A stretch of 64,000 bases of DNA. Source: Eledone cirrhosa. Its lineage: Eukaryota. Shown piece by piece: positions 57,600 to 64,000 of this stretch (position 1 is the stretch's first letter; every line of letters begins with the position of its first letter). The stretch is from NCBI GenBank assembly GCA_964016885.1, contig OZ024742.1, positions 361,646,001-361,710,000 on the forward strand. The letters are read 5' to 3'. The notes beneath the pieces were generated by a model, which worked only from the letters and a program-made list of their open reading frames with translations, was not told where the DNA came from and did not search any database. The position numbers and the translations under genes were made by a program.

Positions 57600-59882
57600 A
57601 TGGAAAAACATCATTGTGGTATGTCCTTAAAAAACATACCCATTCAGGGTAAAAAGGATTACATTCTTGGTATGATACAAAGGACCAACGAATTTATTCG
57701 GCGGATTAGATGGAAGGCCTTCCACTTCGATCGGAAAAGGATTACACAAACTTTGGACACCAACAACGAGAAGTTTGGTTTCAAATCCTACAAAAACCCA
57801 CCCTCTAACCCTCTTTTGGATTCTTTCGAACAGGACTTAATGAAAATGATAACCGGAATCAAATTTACAAACGGAAGGAAAAACGAACTGCAACGAGATA
57901 TTAAAACTCTACTCAACAACCTAAGGAATACCAAAGGAATTATCATAAAGGCAGACAAAACTTCGAATCTATACACCCTGGATGTAGAAACATATAACAA
58001 TTTTATACGTAAGGAATTACATAGGAAATACGAAAAAACAAACGCAACTACACTAATCAACATTAATAACGCAGCATGTGATATTGTTAGGAAACTGAAA
58101 ATTGACGACAGAACGGTACCCCTATCCCCAGCTACACCGACTTTTAATCTGAAGGACCATAAGGATAACTTCGATACTAACCCTAAAATTAGATTAATAT
58201 GTCCTTCAAAGTCCGATATAGGTAGGATTAGTAAGTACATATTAGATCGTATTATCCCCCAAGTTAAGGCTAAGGTAGATATTAAATTATGAGGTGATAC
58301 TCATCAGGCAATAAGATGGTTCAATAACATTAGGGACAAAAACAAATCTTCTTTTATTCAATTCGATATAGATGAATACTATTCCTCTATTTCACCCGAA
58401 ACCCTGCATAAGGCCCTCTCTTTCGCTAAGACTAACTCGGACCTCACAAACGAGGAAATTAATATTATACTTGAAGCTAGACGCACAGTAGTGCACTTTG
58501 AAAATAGTTATTGGGTCCGCAGGGATAGACCCTCGGAATTCGACATTACGATGGGTTCTAATGATTCGGCGGAGGTCACGGATTTGGTTGGGATCTATAT
58601 AGCCCATAGACTCCAGAGCGAATTTACGGACCTCCACGGCGGAATATACCGCGACGATACACTTCTATTAGTCAAGAATATGAACAAACAAAACCTAGAA
58701 AGGCGACGTAAAAACATTAGGAAACTTTTCTTAGAACTAGGGCTTAATATTACCTTTGAACACAATCTTAAGGTGGTCAACTTCTTGGATGTTACCTTCA
58801 ACCTTAATAACGGTAATATAGAGCCATTTCACAAACTTAATGAAAATCTTAAGTACGTTAATGTAAAATCGAACCATCCTCATTCCATTATTAAATCTAT
58901 CCCTAAAAATATATCCATAAGGATCTCCCGACTGTCGTCTAATTTGCAGACCTTCAACGAGCATGCTGAATATTATAATGACGCACTTAGAAAAGCTGGT
59001 TACTGCGAGAATATTGAATATCTAGACGATAACCACATAAGTACTATGAATAAAACACATCTAAGTCGAACTAGTATTGCACCACACACACACATCAATA
59101 GGCATACTAACAGGTGCAAACTAGCAAATAGAGTCAGACGTAGAGAGTACATATGGTATAACCCCGTGTACAATTCTTCTATTAGCACTAAGATTATCTC
59201 ACAATTCTATACACTAATCAATAAACACTTTACAACTTCACATAAATACTATAAAATCTTTAACTCGCGCACCATTAGACTCTCATACTCCACTGCACCG
59301 AACATTGAACAACTAATTAGAAAACTCAACTCAGCAATACTGAATAAGTACATCCCTAATGACTCAGCGCACCAGCATAGCAGCATGCAACGCACTAACA
59401 CGCAACCGCAACCCCACCAAACTATCCAGGATTCTACTGCAAAACATAAAAATAGTTGTAACTGCACCAAACCAGGTACGTGCCCACTGAATAACCAGTG
59501 CCTAGCACGCAATATTGTCTACCGGTGTACAATAAATTCCGGGACCAACAAATGGTATTACGTCGGATGTACCGCAACTTCTTTCAAGGCTCGCCTATAC
59601 CAACATCGATCTTCGATCAGGCACGAGAAAATGCGCTCCGTAACAACCCTCGCCGATAAAGCCTGGCAGCTTCGGAGGAACAATCAAGCGTTCTCCCTTG
59701 ATTGGCAAATTATTGCAGCTGCGCCTGCATATCAGCAAAATCATCGATTCTGCAAGTTATGCAATTTAGAGATATACTGCATTTTAACGTCGGTAAACAA
59801 ACTTTTGAACAGCAAAATTGAACGTTCTCTATACTGTAACCATCGTTTGAAAACGACTTTTTCTTTTTTTAAATGCATATAA
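57600..59882 (+). pseudogene. PLE1 RT-GIY-YIG polyprotein with a single in-frame TGA (58290-58292)
   Basis: SLKNIP, RIRWKAFHF, KADKTSNLY, LKDHK, RLICPSKS, MGSNDSAE, IYRDD, NFLDV, YYVGCT; both ORF pieces are in the same frame. Confidence 0.92.
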
Positions 59883-60292
59883 TGTTACCTTTTTACACCA
59901 ACGTTTGCAAATTTCTGTCTTATATGTTTATACACTAGATATGACTTTCTATAATAATAGTACTAAACACTGTTTTTCTGGACCCCTTTAGAAATAACCT
60001 GCTACTATAATAGCCCTAATAACTTGTCTGTGACATTGTACCACTTTGACCCTTCTAACTAAATTTTGTCCGAACAACACCACTAGAAGTATCTACTTCC
60101 CAGCCAACCTTAGCACGCCTCATTAAGCTAACTGCTGCCAAAACAATCTCTCTTCACAATCTCTACTAGTCTGACAGTCTTAAACCCTAAGACTCCCTCC
60201 ACCTTACTCACTTCCCTCTTCCCCTTCTCTTCCTACCTCCTTCTTTATCTTTTATCTAGTGTATAAAATATTTTCATATCATTCTAATACAA

Positions 60293-60409
60293 AGGTCTGA
60301 TGACATGGTGTGTTGGCTTACAGTGTACTTTCGGTTTTTGATAATATTTGTGTATTATTCAAATAGCGAGGTATAGGTAACTCATACACTATAGAAACAA
60401 TTGTTACCT
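60293..60409 (+). ncRNA. Type I hammerhead with long stem II (PLE1)
   Basis: aggt-CTGATGA-[catggtgtgt...atacactata]-GAAA-caattg-TT-acct. Confidence 0.7.
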
Positions 60410-60453
60410 AATAAATTCTATATACCCGCATTTCCATTTCGTAAATTTTTTCT

Positions 60454-60499
<46 letters not shown>

Positions 60500-60501
<2 letters not shown>

Positions 60502-61013
60502 AAAATTAAGATAAATTAAATGAATTTAATCCAAATCGAAATTGTGGGTGTCATGCCATAACGGCGTGCGCCATATCGCCCGGAAAATAAGCTCAAAGAT
60601 TTTGTAGGTCCGAGCATTTTATAATAACTAAATATTGATTAACATATATATAAATAAATATAAACATGAATAATCACAGGAGATAATTTTTACAAGCGTG
60701 TAACCACGCATGGCTAGTAGGTAACAAATAAATAAAGTTAACTAGAACTTCAAAAATAGATACCTTTTAATGATTAATCTTCCCTGTATATATTCCATTG
60801 AAGAAATATATTTCACCAATTGAAATATATTTCTTTAATGGAATATATACAGGGAAGATTAATCATTAAAAGGTATCTATTTTTAAAGTTCTAGTTAACT
60901 TTATTTATTTGTTACCTACTAGCCATGCGTGGTTACACGCTAGTAAAAATTATCTCCTGTGATTATTCATGTTTATATTTATTTATATATATGTTAATCA
61001 ATTTCTAGTTATT
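60500..61013. repeat. Fold-back element with ~190-bp arms (60623-60814 / 60821-61013)
   Basis: Near-perfect reverse complement around ccaatt; no HHR recognised. Confidence 0.8.
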
Positions 61014-61133
61014 ATATGTATATATAGATATATGTATATATATATATATGTATATACATATATATGTATATATATGTATATATATATACATATATATATA
61101 TATACATATTTATATACATATATATATATATAC

Positions 61134-61164
<31 letters not shown>

Positions 61165-61220
61165 CGTATATATATATACATATATGTATATATATATACA
61201 TATATATATATACATATATA

Positions 61221-61538
61221 TAGTAATAATAATAAATTTGAAGACTAAAATCCAAAGAGGGCTCGATAAGGATAAATATATATCAAATATAACCGTAGAG
61301 CAAATATTTATTAAAATAACAGATTAAAGTTTAAGCAATGAATCGCTGCTTTCCTTAAACGGGATCTTCTGAAACTAACAAAGTCAATTCTGTAAACGCA
61401 GAACTGGATATTTCAAAAAAACGTTTTTTTGAAATATCCAGTTCTGCGTTTACAGATTGACTTTGTTAGTTTCAGAAGATCCCGTTAAGGGTGAAAGCAG
61501 CGATTCTTTGCTTAAACTTTAATGTTATTTTAATAAAT
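61221..61538. mobile_element. Family I fold-back element; U4A hammerhead at 61468-61518 (+) and damaged twin at 61328-61376 (-)
   Basis: Palindrome centred on aaaacgtttt (~61423); homologous to 43440-43748. Confidence 0.75.
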
Positions 61539-61542
61539 ATAC

Positions 61543-61589
<47 letters not shown>

Positions 61590-61594
61590 CATAC

Positions 61595-61641
<47 letters not shown>

Positions 61642-61678
61642 CATATATATATACATATATATATACATATATATATAC

Positions 61679-61711
<33 letters not shown>

Positions 61712-61714
61712 CAC

Positions 61715-62073
<359 letters not shown>

Positions 62074-62079
62074 TCTATA

Positions 62080-62111
<32 letters not shown>

Positions 62112-62112
62112 C

Positions 62113-62159
<47 letters not shown>

Positions 62160-62187
62160 TATACATATACATATATATACATATATC

Positions 62188-63435
62188 AGGATGATTCTTA
62201 ACAGGATCCAGCCTGAGATGGAGAAGAAGCTCAGGGACAACCAGAACGGCTTCAGAAAGGGTAGATCAACCACCAGTCACATCCTGATGCTGAGGAGGAT
62301 ATTAGAGGGAGCTAGAGCAAAGTGCCTTTCTGCGGTCATGGTTTTCATTGACTTTAGGAAGGCCTTTGATTCTGTGGACCGTTACTGCCTGATGAAGATC
62401 TTACAGGCTTATGGAATCCCCAAGAAGATAGTGAACCTGATATCACTGCTCTACACCAACACCAAAGCCCAAGCCATTACACCTGATGGGAAGACAGAGT
62501 TCTTTGAGATACTGGCTGGAGTGCTCCAGGGAGATACATTGGATCCCTACCTTTTTATCATCGTAGTGGACTATTGTATGCGCCTTGCACTGGAGAAACA
62601 CCAGGACTCTGGCTTTACTGTAGCACCGACTCAGAGCAGGAGAGTTAGGGCGAAAAAGGTATCGGATGCTGAATTTGCCGACGACATAGTTTTGGTGACA
62701 AATACAGTGAAGGAGGCGGAGGATTTGATGCGGGAGGTTGAGACTGTGTCGATGAGTGTGGGGCTGAGAATGAATGAGACTAAAACAAAATATCTGGTAG
62801 AGAATGTTGAGAAGCCAGAGGGGATCACTAATGTAGGCGGGAAGCCGCTGGAATTGGTTGAGGACTTCCTGTATTTGGGAGCAAAGATTGGGAATACGGA
62901 GGATGATGTGGTTGAGAGGAAGAGCAAGGCCTGGGCGGCGTGCCACAGCTTGAGATCGGTGTGGAAGTCGGACCTTCGTAGAGATCTGAAAATCCGCCTC
63001 TTCATTGCTGTAGTGGAGTCTGTGCTGCTGTATGGGTCTGAGACTTGGACACTGACCAGGAAACTCACTCAGATGGGGGATGGGTGCTACACGAGAATGC
63101 TGAGGATGGCTCTGAACATTAATCAGTATACACTGAAGATGAAAAACTCAGAGCTGTATGGGAGCATCCCAAAAGTCAGCTCAAAAGTGACACAGAGGAG
63201 ACTGAGGTTGGCTGGACATGCTCACCGACATCGAGAGTTGACATTGCACTCAGTACTCCTTTGGGAGCCCCTGCATGGACACACTGGAAGAGGAAGACCA
63301 AAGTTAACGTATGTTGATGCCCTAAGGACAGACAGTGGTCTGTTGGAGATGCAGGACATGGCAGCGATATGAGGGACAGAGACCGCTGGAGAGAACTCGT
63401 CCATGGATCTCGGGAATTTTACCCGCCTTAGATAG

Positions 63436-63438
<3 letters not shown>
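62188..63438 (+). mobile_element. RTE-clade LINE, 5'-truncated RT fragment
   Basis: [50 protein letters not shown]; (TAGA)n tail. Confidence 0.88.
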
Positions 63439-63486
<48 letters not shown>

Positions 63487-63559
63487 TATAAATATACACA
63501 CATATATATATATATACACACATATATATATATATATATATACATATATATAAATATAC

Positions 63560-63590
<31 letters not shown>

Positions 63591-63623
63591 CATATATATA
63601 AATATGCATATATATATATATAT

Positions 63624-63944
63624 ATATTAATAAGAGGAATTCCAACTTTGTCTGATTTACTCGTTTTATTTACAATCCTTTAAAATTTATAATGGTATTA
63701 TAATGAAATAGTATGATAGAATATTAAATTCTAAGTGTTAATTGAACAAGTACTTTCATGCTTTCGCAATCTTCAGACCACATATTATGAACCTGAAGAT
63801 TGCGAAAGCATGGAAGTACTTGTTCAATTAACACTTAGAATTTAATATTCTATCATACTATTTCATTATAATACCATTATAAATTTTAAAGGATTGTAAA
63901 TAAAACGAGTAAATCAGACAAAGTTGGAATTCCTCTTATTAATA
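63624..63944. repeat. Family K fold-back element, ~150-bp arms
   Basis: 63624-63776 / 63793-63944 are near-perfect inverted arms with a 16-nt loop. Confidence 0.85.
63788..63826 (+). ncRNA. Minimal hammerhead nearly lacking stem II (family K)
   Basis: tgaac-CTGAAGA-ttgc-GAAA-gcatggaagtac-TT-gttca. Confidence 0.7.
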
Positions 63945-64000
63945 TAATCTTCTATACACAATCATACACACCCGTGTATATTTATCTATCTCTCTCTCTC

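Larger units (their letters stand above)
57463..60458 (+). mobile_element. Penelope-like element family 1, full length with ~36-bp terminal direct repeat
   Basis: tacccgcatttccatttcgtaaattttttctccata at 57463 and 60423; flanked by (TA)n. Confidence 0.93.

Noticed and set aside
58290-58292. In-frame TGA in a Naiad-like PLE as possible selenocysteine
   Set aside because: The other copy has TGG (Trp) at this position (968-970), and the 3' hairpin lacks a clear SECIS AUGA/AA/GA pattern; a nonsense mutation is simpler
60623-61013. TTGAAGA...GAAA at the palindrome centre as a hammerhead
   Set aside because: The pairing is a by-product of the palindrome; no valid stem I/III arrangement

Overview
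Gene-free, very AT-rich eukaryotic repeat region, most likely from an octopus. That assignment is inferred from OR-type tRNA SINEs, their partner LINE tail and the massive degenerate (TA)n arrays. Nearly every non-microsatellite block is a mobile element sitting inside (TA)n. Contents: three Penelope-like element (PLE; RT + GIY-YIG) families, two CR1-group LINE families (4 and 3 copies), RTE LINE fragments and a short RTE-derived element, a Rep-deleted Helitron, SINE fragments, and many short non-coding, often fold-back repeat families. The main result of reading the sequence is that the PLE terminal repeats and most short non-coding families carry type I hammerhead ribozyme (HHR) motifs: roughly a dozen unrelated sequence families and more than 25 copies. 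These include fixed non-canonical cores: a compensatory U3-A8 swap, U4A, U4C, one motif with almost no stem II and one with a ~90-nt stem II. All folds were made by eye and no activity is demonstrated. All (YI)n-type ORFs are microsatellite artefacts.
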